IMG/VR virus record: IMGVR_UViG_3300020183_004379
Location: 1 to 64,000 of that record
DNA: 64,000 nt
Reading direction: 5' to 3' (one strand)
Source: a virus
In this document: piece after piece, positions 10,293 through 21,116 of the stretch
How positions within the stretch are numbered: position 1 is the stretch's first letter
How the letters are laid out: every line of letters begins with the position of its first letter
Position numbers and translations under genes: made by a program
The notes under the pieces: model-generated
Database searches by the model: none
Seen by the model: the letters and a program-made list of their open reading frames with translations, nothing else
What the model was told of the DNA's origin: nothing

Positions 10293-11655
10293 CGATTTCA
10301 AAGCAGCCGCTGAGCTCATGCAAGAAAAATTAGGTACAGGACTCTGTTTGGCCAAATGGCAACAGGTAAGTTTGCATCTCGGCACAGGCATGAACAACAG
10401 TTGCTACCATCCGCCATTGCATGAAATACCAACAGAATTACTTGAATCCAACCCTGGAGTTCTCCACAATACTCCATACAAAAAAGAACAACGCAAAATT
10501 ATGTTGCGTCAAGAACGACCTTTAGAGTGCGGATATTGTTGGAGTGCCGAAGACAACAATCAATTGAGTGACAGGCACTATAGGTCAGGCGAACCATGGG
10601 CAGCTGAGCATTTTGATAAAATAAAGGACAGTACAGGAGAAGAAGATGTCATACCAAGTTATGTTGAAGTTAATTTTAGTAATGTTTGCAACTTAGCATG
10701 TTCTTACTGCTCTCCGCAATTTTCGAGTGTATGGGCACAAGAAGCCAATAAACATGGCGCTTATCCTACAAGCAATCGTCATAATGATCCTGGCTATTTT
10801 GTTGGTCGTAGGAAACCCATTCCCGTCAGAGATGACAACCCCTATGTCGACGCATTCTGGTTGTGGTGGCCAGAATTGTATCCGCGTCTAAAACATCTGA
10901 GGTTGACTGGCGGGGAACCACTGCTAGACTACAACACCTATAGGGTGTTTGATTATGTGTTGGCTTTGCCTAAACCAGATCTGCATCTAGATGTTACCAG
11001 TAATTTTTCAGTTGAAAACAAAGTATTCAACAAGTACATAGATTATGTTAAAAAATTGTGTGGTACTCAAATTGAACATTTCATGCAGTATGTAAGTCTT
11101 GATACTGGTAAAAATTCGCAGGCAGAATACATTCGCCACATGCTTGATGCCTCCTTACTGCTTGATAATGTGCATAGGTTTTTACAAGACATACCTGAAA
11201 AAAATAGTCTTACATTCATTGTGACAATTAATAATTTATCCATATCGGGTCTATATGATCTTTTGGATTGGATCTTAGAATTGCGAGCAAAGTATAGTAG
11301 AACATATCAACGAGTTTGGTTTGATACACCGCTGCTGAGGTATCCCCGTTGGCAAAGTATTCAAACACTTACTCCTGCGTATCAGCACGAATTAGAGAAC
11401 ACCATTGAATGGATGAAAGAACAAACTATGACAGATGGCTTTGTGGGATTCAAAGACTATGAAATTCAACGCATGGAGCGTAATCTTGCCTGGATGAAAC
11501 AACCTCTTGATGACAAACAGTTAGTCACTGACCGGGCCGACTTCTACAAATTTTTTAGTGAACATGATCGTAGACGCAAAAGTAACTTTTTAAGAACATT
11601 CCCAGAAATGAGAGAATTCTGGAGCATGTGTAAATATTATGCCGAAACAGAATAA
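10285..11655 (+). CDS. Radical SAM protein with N-terminal twitch/SPASM-like domain (copy 1)
   Basis: CLAKW..SCYH..ECGYC, then CNLACSYC and GGEP. Confidence 0.85.
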   Translation: MSSDFKAAAELMQEKLGTGLCLAKWQQVSLHLGTGMNNSCYHPPLHEIPTELLESNPGVLHNTPYKKEQRKIMLRQERPLECGYCWSAEDNNQLSDRHYRSGEPWAAEHFDKIKDSTGEEDVIPSYVEVNFSNVCNLACSYCSPQFSSVWAQEANKHGAYPTSNRHNDPGYFVGRRKPIPVRDDNPYVDAFWLWWPELYPRLKHLRLTGGEPLLDYNTYRVFDYVLALPKPDLHLDVTSNFSVENKVFNKYIDYVKKLCGTQIEHFMQYVSLDTGKNSQAEYIRHMLDASLLLDNVHRFLQDIPEKNSLTFIVTINNLSISGLYDLLDWILELRAKYSRTYQRVWFDTPLLRYPRWQSIQTLTPAYQHELENTIEWMKEQTMTDGFVGFKDYEIQRMERNLAWMKQPLDDKQLVTDRADFYKFFSEHDRRRKSNFLRTFPEMREFWSMCKYYAETE

Positions 11656-12979
11656 CGAATCAGATCTCGATTACAAACGCAGAGTGATAGATATAAAATC
11701 TCAATCATTCTGCGGTGCCAAATGGTACAATGCTACCATATGGTTGGGCTCTGGGCAAACAACCAGTTGTCACCATCCGCCTGCGCATGCTATACCGCCG
11801 GTGCAGCAGTTAGAACAAAATCCTAGCTTGCTACACAACACTCCAGAAAAGAAAAAAGATAGGCACCAGATGCAGCAGGGCAAACGCCCTCCTGGTTGTG
11901 ACTATTGCTGGAAAATCGAAGACATGACACCCAATGCGGTGTCGGATCGTGTGTACAAAACTGTTTTATATTCAGACAAGGAGTTAGAAAATGCATTCAA
12001 CACACCATTTAACCAAGATGTCAACCTTCGGACATTGGAAATCTCTTTTGATAGAACTTGTCAGCTTGCTTGCAGTTATTGCAACCCTGCTTTTAGTAGC
12101 ACATGGGTCAATGACATACGCAAAAACGGAGCCTACACTGACTTGGTATCAGACGGGCGCAATCATTTTACTCACACTCATGATCATAGTCAACTTTATA
12201 AATTCCATGAGACTAATCCGTATGTGGAGGCTTTTTTCCGCTGGTGGGAGACAGACCTCCACAGAACTCTCCAAGAACTCCGTATCACCGGAGGAGAACC
12301 TCTTATGTCAGGATATACCTGGAAGTTACTTGACTGGTTCAGGACAAATAAAGGAGCAAGTACAACTAGACTTGCCATTAACACAAACCTCGGCCCACAA
12401 GTAGATGTTGACAAACTTTTGGCCAGTACAGATAGTATCGAGCTCGATGTTTACAGTAGCAACGAAAGTATGGATGCTCAGGCAGAATACATTCGTGATG
12501 GACTAAACATGTTTGAATGGCGCTACAACATGGGCAAGTTAATGTCGTCGGGTAAACTACGAGGTTTGCATGTGATGTGTACTATCAATGCTCTGTGCTT
12601 GGAGAGTTTGCCAGAGTTTTTAGATATGCTTGTAAACTGGAAAAAAGTTTGGGGTAAAAATTTTCCTAGCTTCAGCGTTAACATTTTAAGGTTTCCTAAC
12701 TTCCAGTCGGTGTTGGTGTTACCTGTAGAGATTAGACAACAACATGCAGATAGACTTTCACAGTTTCTAATCAAGCATAAAGATCACAGTTATCTACACG
12801 AGCACGAAATAAACCAGACTTTGCGATTAATTGATTATCTTAAACAATCGACTACGCCCACGGACATACTCAAATTACAAAATGACTTCAAAAACTTTTA
12901 TGCTCAGTATGACAAAAGAAGAAACAAAAACTTTGTAAATACTTTCTCAACCTTAAAAGATTTCTATGACCAAATCTAA
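11639..12979 (+). CDS. Radical SAM protein with N-terminal twitch-like domain (copy 2)
   Basis: CGAKW..SCHH..GCDYC, then CQLACSYC, GGEP, NTN. Confidence 0.85.
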   Translation: MPKQNNESDLDYKRRVIDIKSQSFCGAKWYNATIWLGSGQTTSCHHPPAHAIPPVQQLEQNPSLLHNTPEKKKDRHQMQQGKRPPGCDYCWKIEDMTPNAVSDRVYKTVLYSDKELENAFNTPFNQDVNLRTLEISFDRTCQLACSYCNPAFSSTWVNDIRKNGAYTDLVSDGRNHFTHTHDHSQLYKFHETNPYVEAFFRWWETDLHRTLQELRITGGEPLMSGYTWKLLDWFRTNKGASTTRLAINTNLGPQVDVDKLLASTDSIELDVYSSNESMDAQAEYIRDGLNMFEWRYNMGKLMSSGKLRGLHVMCTINALCLESLPEFLDMLVNWKKVWGKNFPSFSVNILRFPNFQSVLVLPVEIRQQHADRLSQFLIKHKDHSYLHEHEINQTLRLIDYLKQSTTPTDILKLQNDFKNFYAQYDKRRNKNFVNTFSTLKDFYDQI

Positions 12980-14279
12980 ATATCCAAGAGACTATACCTA
13001 TAATAGTCGTGTGCCTATTCACGCAAACCTGCATGAAATGTCCGACAGGCATCAGGACCTGCTGACCATTGATCCTTACTTCTGCATGATACCTTGGATA
13101 CACATGCATGCGTTTCCTGACGGAAGAGCTTATCCTTGCTGTATGAGCGAATATCATATGCCCATTGGTGATCTAAAAAAACAAACCATGCGTAAAGTCT
13201 GGAACAGCCAAGGCATTCGACAGATGCGAGTAAATATGCTTTCGGGTAAACCTAGTGCCGAATGCGGGCGCTGTTATGAACAAGAACGAGCAGGTTTTGT
13301 AAGTATGCGACACAGCACTAGTCAAAATTTTGGACAACATATTGCACTTGTGGATGATACAAAAGAAGATGGAACAGTGGAAGATTTCAAACTGCGGTAT
13401 TATGACATACGCTTCAGTAATGTTTGTAATTTTCGCTGTCGTAGTTGCGGCAGCATTTTTAGTAGTAATTGGTACAACGACGAAGTCAAACTATATGGCA
13501 CTAGAGATCATCCAAGGATCATGTATGCCGGTAGTACAGAGGAAGACATGTGGAAACAGATGCAAGAGCATATTCCTTACCTAGATCAAATCTATTTTGC
13601 AGGCGGTGAACCACTAATCATGGAGGAACACTATCGACTGCTAAATGAACTTGTTAAAAGAGAAATGTTTCATGTAAGACTAGTTTATAATACTAATTTT
13701 AGCAAGCTGGCCTACAAGGATCAAAATGTTCTTGAATTATGGAAACTTTTTAATACGGTAAGCGTAGGTGCAAGTTTAGATGGAAGTGGTGCGAGAGCCG
13801 AATACATACGCAAAGGACAAGATTGGAACGAAACAGTGGAAAATCGCCAGCGTATGTTATCAGTTTGCCCTAATGTTGATTTTTATGTCAGCAGTACAAT
13901 CAGTATATACAATGCTTTGCACATCAGTGATTTTCATAGAGAGTGGGTTGATTTAGGTTTAATCAAACCGCAGGACTTTAACATTAACATACTGCAAAGT
14001 CCAAATTGGTTTCGCATTGATGCATTGCCGGACAACATCAAACAACTTGTTAGAGGAAAAATTGAACAACATATAAAATGGTTAGAGCCGCAGGACAAGT
14101 TGACCAGAGCTACCAGTGGATATCGCGGCATGCTCTCCTTTATGAATGCTCAAGATCTGACTTTGGAATTGCCAGGATTTTTTAACAGAACCTTTGAACT
14201 AGATAATCTTCGTAGTGAAGATTTTTTTGCAACCTTCCCTGAGCTAAAAGGTTTACAACACTATGTTGCCGCATCCTAA
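12966..14279 (+). CDS. Radical SAM protein with N-terminal twitch-like domain (copy 3)
   Basis: CMIPW..PCC..ECGRC, then CNFRCRSC, GGEP, YNTN. Confidence 0.85.
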   Translation: MTKSKYPRDYTYNSRVPIHANLHEMSDRHQDLLTIDPYFCMIPWIHMHAFPDGRAYPCCMSEYHMPIGDLKKQTMRKVWNSQGIRQMRVNMLSGKPSAECGRCYEQERAGFVSMRHSTSQNFGQHIALVDDTKEDGTVEDFKLRYYDIRFSNVCNFRCRSCGSIFSSNWYNDEVKLYGTRDHPRIMYAGSTEEDMWKQMQEHIPYLDQIYFAGGEPLIMEEHYRLLNELVKREMFHVRLVYNTNFSKLAYKDQNVLELWKLFNTVSVGASLDGSGARAEYIRKGQDWNETVENRQRMLSVCPNVDFYVSSTISIYNALHISDFHREWVDLGLIKPQDFNINILQSPNWFRIDALPDNIKQLVRGKIEQHIKWLEPQDKLTRATSGYRGMLSFMNAQDLTLELPGFFNRTFELDNLRSEDFFATFPELKGLQHYVAAS

Positions 14280-15465
14280 AATATGCATACTACCTTGGGT
14301 GAGTGTAGAAACCACACCCACTGGTACCATGCGGCCTTGCTGTTTGTCTACTAAAGAAATTACGCATGACGGACAATTATTGTCTGTTGATCAAGGACTA
14401 AGCACAGCCTATAAAAGTGATAGTATGGTGCAACTGCGGCAGCAGTTTATTCGCGGCGAACAACCTGCTGACTGTGAACGCTGTTGGGCAGAAGAAAATG
14501 CTGGTCGTACTAGTAAAAGACAATGGCACTTGCGAAAGTTTGCTAATCAAACAGCAAAGGTGAATTGGTACGATACACAACCAGACCAGCTTTGGTTTTT
14601 AGACTTGAAGCTAGGCAATATTTGTAATCTTAAATGTCGAATCTGCGGAACATGGAGTAGTAGTCGGTGGGCACAAGAAGAAATAGACTTTCAAACTATA
14701 ACAAATCCAAAGCAAACTCGTGCATATCACCAACTGAAACAAGGGCAATGGCCCAGACAGAGTGATAATTTTTGGCAAGATCTACGCTCCCTGTTGCCTC
14801 AAGTGAGGTATTTTGAGTTCACTGGCGGCGAACCTTTTTTAATTAAAGAACACATTGTTCTATTACAGCAGGCAGTTGTTCTTGGATTGGCTAAAGAAAT
14901 TAGTATTCATTATAATACTAACGGCACAGTATGGGATCAAGATTTAGTAGCAGTATGGCAACATTTTAAGTCAGTAGAAATAGCATTTAGCATTGACAAC
15001 ATCAGAACACGATTCGAATTGGAACGCAGTGGTGCAAAATGGTCTGATGTATGTGGAAATGTAGCTCGTGCCAAATTATTAAGGCAACAAAATAAAAATA
15101 TCAAACTACAAGTATGCATGACTATTAATATACAAAATGTTTTTTATTTTGATGAACTAAGTAACTGGGCTCTTGAGCAAGGATTTGATATGATATATGT
15201 TAACATGTTGCACGATCCGCCACACATGAACATTGGACACATGACTAAAGAAGCAGTTGATCTAGTTACCAATAAATTAAAAAATACTGAATTTCATTTT
15301 GTTTTACAAAATGATGTACAAGGCATAATTCGTTTTATTCAAAATGGTGCAGGAAGCAACGGGCAAGACTTTTGTAATTTTATGAGAAGAACAGATGTTA
15401 ATCGTGAAGAAAATTTTTCTGTAACGCATCCAGAGATAGCTAGGGCTATGGGTTATATATCATGA
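14263..15465 (+). CDS. Radical SAM protein with N-terminal twitch-like domain (copy 4)
   Basis: CILPW..PCC..DCERC, then CNLKCRIC, GGEP, YNTNG. Confidence 0.85.
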   Translation: MLPHPKICILPWVSVETTPTGTMRPCCLSTKEITHDGQLLSVDQGLSTAYKSDSMVQLRQQFIRGEQPADCERCWAEENAGRTSKRQWHLRKFANQTAKVNWYDTQPDQLWFLDLKLGNICNLKCRICGTWSSSRWAQEEIDFQTITNPKQTRAYHQLKQGQWPRQSDNFWQDLRSLLPQVRYFEFTGGEPFLIKEHIVLLQQAVVLGLAKEISIHYNTNGTVWDQDLVAVWQHFKSVEIAFSIDNIRTRFELERSGAKWSDVCGNVARAKLLRQQNKNIKLQVCMTINIQNVFYFDELSNWALEQGFDMIYVNMLHDPPHMNIGHMTKEAVDLVTNKLKNTEFHFVLQNDVQGIIRFIQNGAGSNGQDFCNFMRRTDVNREENFSVTHPEIARAMGYIS

Positions 15466-15500
15466 TTTAGTAATAGTAAAAAACGCAATAGGAAAAAAAC

Positions 15501-16814
15501 TTGATCAGTAGATCTAATCCTAATCTATGCATGGCACCGTGGGTACACACATACCTGAGTCCTCAGACTGAGCGCAGAATGTGCTGTGCTAGTCGTGAGC
15601 CTGCGCAAAACTTTCAACAGTATATCGACACGGCCGCCGGCACCGGGAAGTATATACCAATCACACTGGACGAACATTGGAACGGACCTCACATGCGGTC
15701 CGTAAGAAATCGCATGTTAGCCGGGGAAATCTTACCAGAGTGTGAAGTATGTAATGATAAACTGTTGAACAGTTCTGTGTACAGAGATTATTTTTGGAAT
15801 CTCTTTGCGCACAAATATCCAGAAGTACTATCTAATACTGCGTCTGATGGTAGTACTACCATGTTACCTGTTAGTTGGGATTATCGCTTTTCAAATCTTT
15901 GCAATTTCAAATGCCGTACCTGCGGAGACAAATTGAGTAGCAGTTGGGAAAGCGAACTTAAACAAATGAATGCCGTGAGCAGAGACTATTGGGAACAACC
16001 GGATAATCTATGGATGAAACCTGATGTAAAAAGTGCTATAATTGCATTTCAAGAAAACACAGTTGAACAAGAATTTGCACAGGCAGTTGAAGAACATAGA
16101 GTGGAAGAAGTCTACTGGGTTGGTGGCGAGCCCCTCATGTATGAACAACATTGGAAATACATGCGCCGCATAATTGAGCTTGGAGACGGAAAGACCACTT
16201 ATGCTAGATATAATACTAATCTCAGTCGTGTTAATTATCGGGGTATCAATCTTTATTCCGACATTTTGATCCATTTGCGTGATTGGCAAATTTGTGCTAG
16301 TCTCGACGGCACGAGCAAGACTGGGGAATACATTCGAACAGGTCTTGATTATCAGGCGTGGCTTTCTAACTTTAAGGCCGGAGTTGAAATACAACGATAC
16401 AAAAGGCAGATGAGAATTGACTTTACACTTACTTTGCCTGGCATGTTTGAAGTAGAGAACATTCATAATCTAGCCAAAGAACTAGGCGTAGATATTCTTG
16501 CCAAGGTGGTGTTTAGTTTTAGTCCAGACATATCAATGTCTCCTTTGCTACTGCCCAAGGAACTACTCCATCCTTGGATTGACGAAATCTTGCAGTCCAT
16601 TGATAAAGGACCGTTGCAGGAAATGCTTGAACGACTAAAAACTAGACCTACCTTTGCTGAACAATGGCCAGACACTTGGCAAGCAGGATTGCGTAAAGCC
16701 AAGTTTACAGTAGATAACTTAGAATCACACAGACAAGATACTTACACACTAGAGTGTATTCTAGCACAAAGACCTGAGGTATTGAAATGGTGGCAAAAAA
16801 TCAAGTACAAGTAA
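15501..16814 (+). CDS. Radical SAM protein with N-terminal twitch-like domain (copy 5)
   Basis: CMAPW..MCC..ECEVC, then CNFKCRTC, GGEP, YNTN; TTG start. Confidence 0.85.
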   Translation: MISRSNPNLCMAPWVHTYLSPQTERRMCCASREPAQNFQQYIDTAAGTGKYIPITLDEHWNGPHMRSVRNRMLAGEILPECEVCNDKLLNSSVYRDYFWNLFAHKYPEVLSNTASDGSTTMLPVSWDYRFSNLCNFKCRTCGDKLSSSWESELKQMNAVSRDYWEQPDNLWMKPDVKSAIIAFQENTVEQEFAQAVEEHRVEEVYWVGGEPLMYEQHWKYMRRIIELGDGKTTYARYNTNLSRVNYRGINLYSDILIHLRDWQICASLDGTSKTGEYIRTGLDYQAWLSNFKAGVEIQRYKRQMRIDFTLTLPGMFEVENIHNLAKELGVDILAKVVFSFSPDISMSPLLLPKELLHPWIDEILQSIDKGPLQEMLERLKTRPTFAEQWPDTWQAGLRKAKFTVDNLESHRQDTYTLECILAQRPEVLKWWQKIKYK

Positions 16815-17863
16815 CACTAATCAATAGCGTAGGGAACAAGTTACCTTACATGATTACAACTGAAAACAATTCTTTAGCTTGTGATTGGTTAGCGGCATTG
16901 AATCGTGTGCTTGCCAACGGCCTTAGGTTGAACAAAAGCTACTGCTTCTTGGGTTTTCCTCGTACACTCCGTAGTATTGAATATCTATGTTCAGTATTAA
17001 ACAATTCAGTTTATGCTATTAATACACACGACTGGAAACAGTACGGACTGGCTCCTTACCGAATAGAAGAATGGTTTGCACCAGATGTGGTACGCTTTGG
17101 TCAAGAATATGCAGCGCCAACACAGATGTATCCTGAAATGTTATTTCATAGTACCAAGCACGAGATTATGAATCGTGTGCATAATCATTTTGAAAAATTA
17201 CAAGGCACAATTGATAATCCTAGCAACTACGCAAGACTTGCGCCAGAGCCTATTAAAAAAGCCATTGGTAGATTAAACACAGTTTGTCATGAAATAGAAA
17301 ATCTTGTGTTAAGTCAACGCAAGCATCTACTGCTGCCTGAATGGACCAGGCCTTGTCAAATAACTACATTTGATCATGCGCCTAGATATGAACTTACTGC
17401 GGAACATAGACAATTGTTTTTACAAAATGGTTTTAACAGAAAGTTTGGCGGAGTGTACATGCATTGGGCACAAATTGGCAAAACTTATTTTGAAGTTTTT
17501 CGTGACGAGCATGCTTCCGAACTTACTAACACTGTGTGTGAGGCAATCACGCAACTTAAATACTATAGTGGTGAATTTGATGTTGAATGGGGAAAAACCA
17601 TAATAGATGGAGTGTTCGACTGGCATGACAAACAAATGTTAGAATTCAAACAATGGTTGGCAGACAACGGTATTGATGCTACGGATCCAAACAACAGTCT
17701 TGGTTATCTACCAATTGGACAGATAGATGTAGCTGAAGCATTTGGCACAGATGATCCATTCAAAGTTTGGGATATTTTGTCGGACTATCTAGATATACAC
17801 AGTATAGAAACTGCCGATCATGCATGCGTATATCATCATACCTGGAGAGATGAAGATGCATGA
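16787..17863 (+). CDS. Hypothetical protein in the radical SAM/GT operon
   Basis: 358 aa ORF overlapping both neighbours. Confidence 0.75.
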   Translation: MVAKNQVQVTLINSVGNKLPYMITTENNSLACDWLAALNRVLANGLRLNKSYCFLGFPRTLRSIEYLCSVLNNSVYAINTHDWKQYGLAPYRIEEWFAPDVVRFGQEYAAPTQMYPEMLFHSTKHEIMNRVHNHFEKLQGTIDNPSNYARLAPEPIKKAIGRLNTVCHEIENLVLSQRKHLLLPEWTRPCQITTFDHAPRYELTAEHRQLFLQNGFNRKFGGVYMHWAQIGKTYFEVFRDEHASELTNTVCEAITQLKYYSGEFDVEWGKTIIDGVFDWHDKQMLEFKQWLADNGIDATDPNNSLGYLPIGQIDVAEAFGTDDPFKVWDILSDYLDIHSIETADHACVYHHTWRDEDA

Positions 17864-19187
17864 TATTTTTATTGTGGACCTAGGCTCGCATGATCACAAT
17901 ATACAATCTATCATAGCAAAGTATCCACACGCTCAGGTCACAAGGTTCTACGGAGATGTTCTCAGCACACTAACAAGATGTGTTCGCAAAGCCAACACCA
18001 AACACTTTTGGTTTATCATCAGCTGCGCAGACATTGAAAATTTTGATTTAGACTGGGATCCAACTCCGTGGGAAAATAATCAAATACATGCCTGGCCTAC
18101 TACAAATCAAAAGTATGGGGATGTGTTACTGATTCCAAAACAGCAGTTTTTACAGCAGCAACCAGAAAAATTACATTGGTTTGAACATGTGAACTATCAT
18201 ACAGAAGTGATTGCCAGGGTGCCATGGCCAATTATGGTTTATCATGATAAGGATTTTACCACTTGTGTAAAACAAACCGATTTTGTTAGTGAATATCAAT
18301 ACTTCAGCGCAGAATCTTTTGTCAGTACCAGTACTCATGCAGAACCAGCTCTATGGGGCGAAGAAACCCTGCAATTGATATCCTACTCAGCTGATAATGC
18401 CACTTGTTTAGTACCAAGAGTGGCGCAAAATCATCTACATACACAGGCATATGATTATCCAACTCTAGCCAAATACCCATGCCTACCCTCTCAAGCTCAA
18501 GACATTGTGTTTATCAGCTACGACGAACCACAGGCTGATGAAAACTATGCAATACTGCAAAAACGATTTCCACAAGCCAAACGAGTACACGGAGTTGAAG
18601 GAATGGAGCATGCACTGCGTCGGGCAGCAGAAATCAGCCGTACGCCTTGGTTTTACGCAACATTTGCCAAAACAAGGTTACATGAAGATTGGAATTTTGG
18701 TTTTGTACCAGACCGTTGGCAAGAACCCAAACACTATATTTTCAATGCCATCAACAACAGCAATGATTTGTGTTATGGGCACATGGGTATTATACTTTAT
18801 CACAAGAACCTTGTGCTTGCGGCACCAGACTGGGACGGTATCTCTGGCATGGACTACACCATGAGTTTTGCAACTGAAAGTATTCCAATTGTTAGTGTGT
18901 ATGGTGAATTTGCAACAGATCCTTATAGAGCCTGGCGCACTGCTTTTCGTGAAACAGCCAAATTAACTCAGTGGTATCTGGACAATAACTGTATTGAAAC
19001 CAAATACAGAATTCATGTCTGGTGTAATCATGCCACAGGAGAACATGCAGAATGGGTCATGCGTGGAGCCAAGGACGGTGTGAAATATTTTGAAGATAAC
19101 CTATCAGACACACGAGCTCTGAAACGCATGTTTCGTTGGGACTGGCTCAACGAGCATTTCCAAGAACTTTATGCACATGATCTATAG
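17856..19187 (+). CDS. Two-domain glycosyltransferase-like protein (paralogue of 9375)
   Basis: C-terminal half DIVFISYDEP..AKRVHGVEG..AWRTAFRE matches 9375..10292; N-terminal half looks like a degenerate repeat. Confidence 0.6.
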   Translation: MHDIFIVDLGSHDHNIQSIIAKYPHAQVTRFYGDVLSTLTRCVRKANTKHFWFIISCADIENFDLDWDPTPWENNQIHAWPTTNQKYGDVLLIPKQQFLQQQPEKLHWFEHVNYHTEVIARVPWPIMVYHDKDFTTCVKQTDFVSEYQYFSAESFVSTSTHAEPALWGEETLQLISYSADNATCLVPRVAQNHLHTQAYDYPTLAKYPCLPSQAQDIVFISYDEPQADENYAILQKRFPQAKRVHGVEGMEHALRRAAEISRTPWFYATFAKTRLHEDWNFGFVPDRWQEPKHYIFNAINNSNDLCYGHMGIILYHKNLVLAAPDWDGISGMDYTMSFATESIPIVSVYGEFATDPYRAWRTAFRETAKLTQWYLDNNCIETKYRIHVWCNHATGEHAEWVMRGAKDGVKYFEDNLSDTRALKRMFRWDWLNEHFQELYAHDL

Positions 19188-20034
19188 TAACAGCAACTTC
19201 ATATGCATTTGTGATATTGGTACTGGGTTGTGTACGAGCTTTAACACACTCAACCCAATGTTGTAGTTCGTGCTCTAGCGGACTCAACGCAGAGTCATAA
19301 TCAAATTCAACTGTGTTTCCTTGCTCTGCACTGTTGTGTATAATGCGATTATTATGTATCACCACTTGATTACTGTCCTGGTTCCATTCAATTTGTCCAC
19401 GCGATCCAATGAATATAGTTTCTCGGGTCCGTACAGGCCAACACCAGCTGACATCTATATCATAGCTGATACGATTACTAACACCTGCAAACCACACACG
19501 ATCAAACTGTGTGCCGTTGCTTAGATGCCAGCCATGGGCAGAGGTTACTGTCATGTTGGGCGAGCTAAAACTTTGCACAATGCTTATGTCGTGTGCAGCC
19601 AAACTCAGCACAGGTGTGGTTCTTGTTTGATATATGCCCCAGTTGAGTCTGCGACTGGTAATGTGTTGCAGTGTTCCAATGCTGTTTTTATCAAGACAGT
19701 TTTTTATCAATTGCAATTGAGGATGGTGCAAAAATATATGGCCAACCATGAACAATTGATTTGGCTGTAGTATTAACTGCATTTTGGCCACTTGCACAGC
19801 AGATTCAGCAGCTGGTTTTTCAACATAAACATCATGCCCACGAGACAGTAAATGCACGCATTGATCATAATGATTCCATAATGGCGTGGCCAAAATTACT
19901 GGATCAAGAGTATCGATGTCGTTGATGCTTTGATTATTTTTTATGTCAATGATCTTGGCATCAACTCCCAGTTGAGAGAGACTATGATGAAGCTTTGTAC
20001 CCCAATAGCCTGCACCTACCAACCACATGTTCAT
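19147..20034 (-). CDS. Gfo/Idh/MocA family NAD(P)-dependent oxidoreductase
   Basis: VGAGYWG Rossmann motif, VYVEKP, MVGH, AHDIS. Confidence 0.9.
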   Translation of the reverse strand: MNMWLVGAGYWGTKLHHSLSQLGVDAKIIDIKNNQSINDIDTLDPVILATPLWNHYDQCVHLLSRGHDVYVEKPAAESAVQVAKMQLILQPNQLFMVGHIFLHHPQLQLIKNCLDKNSIGTLQHITSRRLNWGIYQTRTTPVLSLAAHDISIVQSFSSPNMTVTSAHGWHLSNGTQFDRVWFAGVSNRISYDIDVSWCWPVRTRETIFIGSRGQIEWNQDSNQVVIHNNRIIHNSAEQGNTVEFDYDSALSPLEHELQHWVECVKARTQPSTNITNAYEVAVTIDHVHKVLGNAR

Positions 20035-21116
20035 TGCGCGAATGCCTTGATTTGATCTACTATGTAACTGATTTGATCTTCAGTCATGCTATACCAACAG
20101 GGCAAGCTCAATATCTCGTTCACTGTTTTTTCTGCCACAGGGCAGGGTGTGTACCACTGAGAGAAGGCAGGCTGGTTGTGAACAGTGGTGGCATAATGAA
20201 CATTAGTGCCGATGCCCATGTTCTGAAGGTGTCGTTTGAGTTCATCTCTTTTGGGAGTTTGAATAACATACACATAGTAACTGTGTGTGTTGCCAAGTTC
20301 AATACGAGGAATTTGAACATAATTCCTCAACTGGTCAGAATAAAAATTGCACAATCTGCGTTTGCGTTGCAACCAATCTTTAAGATGTGGCAGTTTTGCC
20401 ATCACAATGTTGGCCTGCATGTTGTCTATGCGAGCGTTATAACCAATTTCTTTTATTTCATAACGACCGGTTCTACCATGATCTCTATACACACGCACTC
20501 GGTCCATCAATTCTTTGTTGCCTGTGCAAGCCCCGGCATCGCCCATGGCGCCTAGATTTTTAACTGGGTTAAAACTAAAACAAGTTATATCTGCCATGCT
20601 GCCAACTTTTTCCTGTTTCCAAAAGTTTCCAATACTGTGTGCAGCGTCTTCAACAAGGTAAAGATTGTGCGTTGTGCAAATCTCTCTCAAACGGTCCATG
20701 TTAGGACATTGACCATAAATGTCAACACTGAGCACTGCCTTGGTCGTGGGCGAAATTTTAGAAACCAATTGGTCTAGATCTATTAGATGTGTAAGTGGAT
20801 CAATGTCAACAAACACGGGAGTAGCGCCAACACTCACAATGGCTTCGGTGGTGGCAACAAAAGTATGTGGAGTGGTCAATACTTCGTGACCTGGTCCTAT
20901 GCCAAGAGCCCGCATGGCACATAGTAGAGCAGTTGTGCCTGATCCAGTGGCTGCGCAATCTTCAGCACCAACATATTTTGCAAATGCAGTTTCAAATTTG
21001 GTTGTGTCTGGACCTGTGATAAAGCTGCTGTTAACCACACTGTCAGCAATGGCCTGATTGATATCTACTGCACAATCAAGATACTGTTGATATAGATTAG
21101 TAAAAGGCACATTCAT
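20031..21116 (-). CDS. DegT/DnrJ/EryC1/StrS PLP-dependent sugar aminotransferase
   Basis: SGTTAL, TFVAT, EDAAH, FSFNPVKNLGAMGDAG (PLP Lys), GYNAR. Confidence 0.95.
   Translation of the reverse strand: MNVPFTNLYQQYLDCAVDINQAIADSVVNSSFITGPDTTKFETAFAKYVGAEDCAATGSGTTALLCAMRALGIGPGHEVLTTPHTFVATTEAIVSVGATPVFVDIDPLTHLIDLDQLVSKISPTTKAVLSVDIYGQCPNMDRLREICTTHNLYLVEDAAHSIGNFWKQEKVGSMADITCFSFNPVKNLGAMGDAGACTGNKELMDRVRVYRDHGRTGRYEIKEIGYNARIDNMQANIVMAKLPHLKDWLQRKRRLCNFYSDQLRNYVQIPRIELGNTHSYYVYVIQTPKRDELKRHLQNMGIGTNVHYATTVHNQPAFSQWYTPCPVAEKTVNEILSLPCWYSMTEDQISYIVDQIKAFAQ

Noticed and set aside
15462-15500. Stop-codon read-through or alternative genetic code extending radical SAM copy 5 to ATG 15462
   Set aside because: The frame contains both TAG and TAA stops, and TAG/TGA terminate normal genes elsewhere, so there is no sign of recoding.
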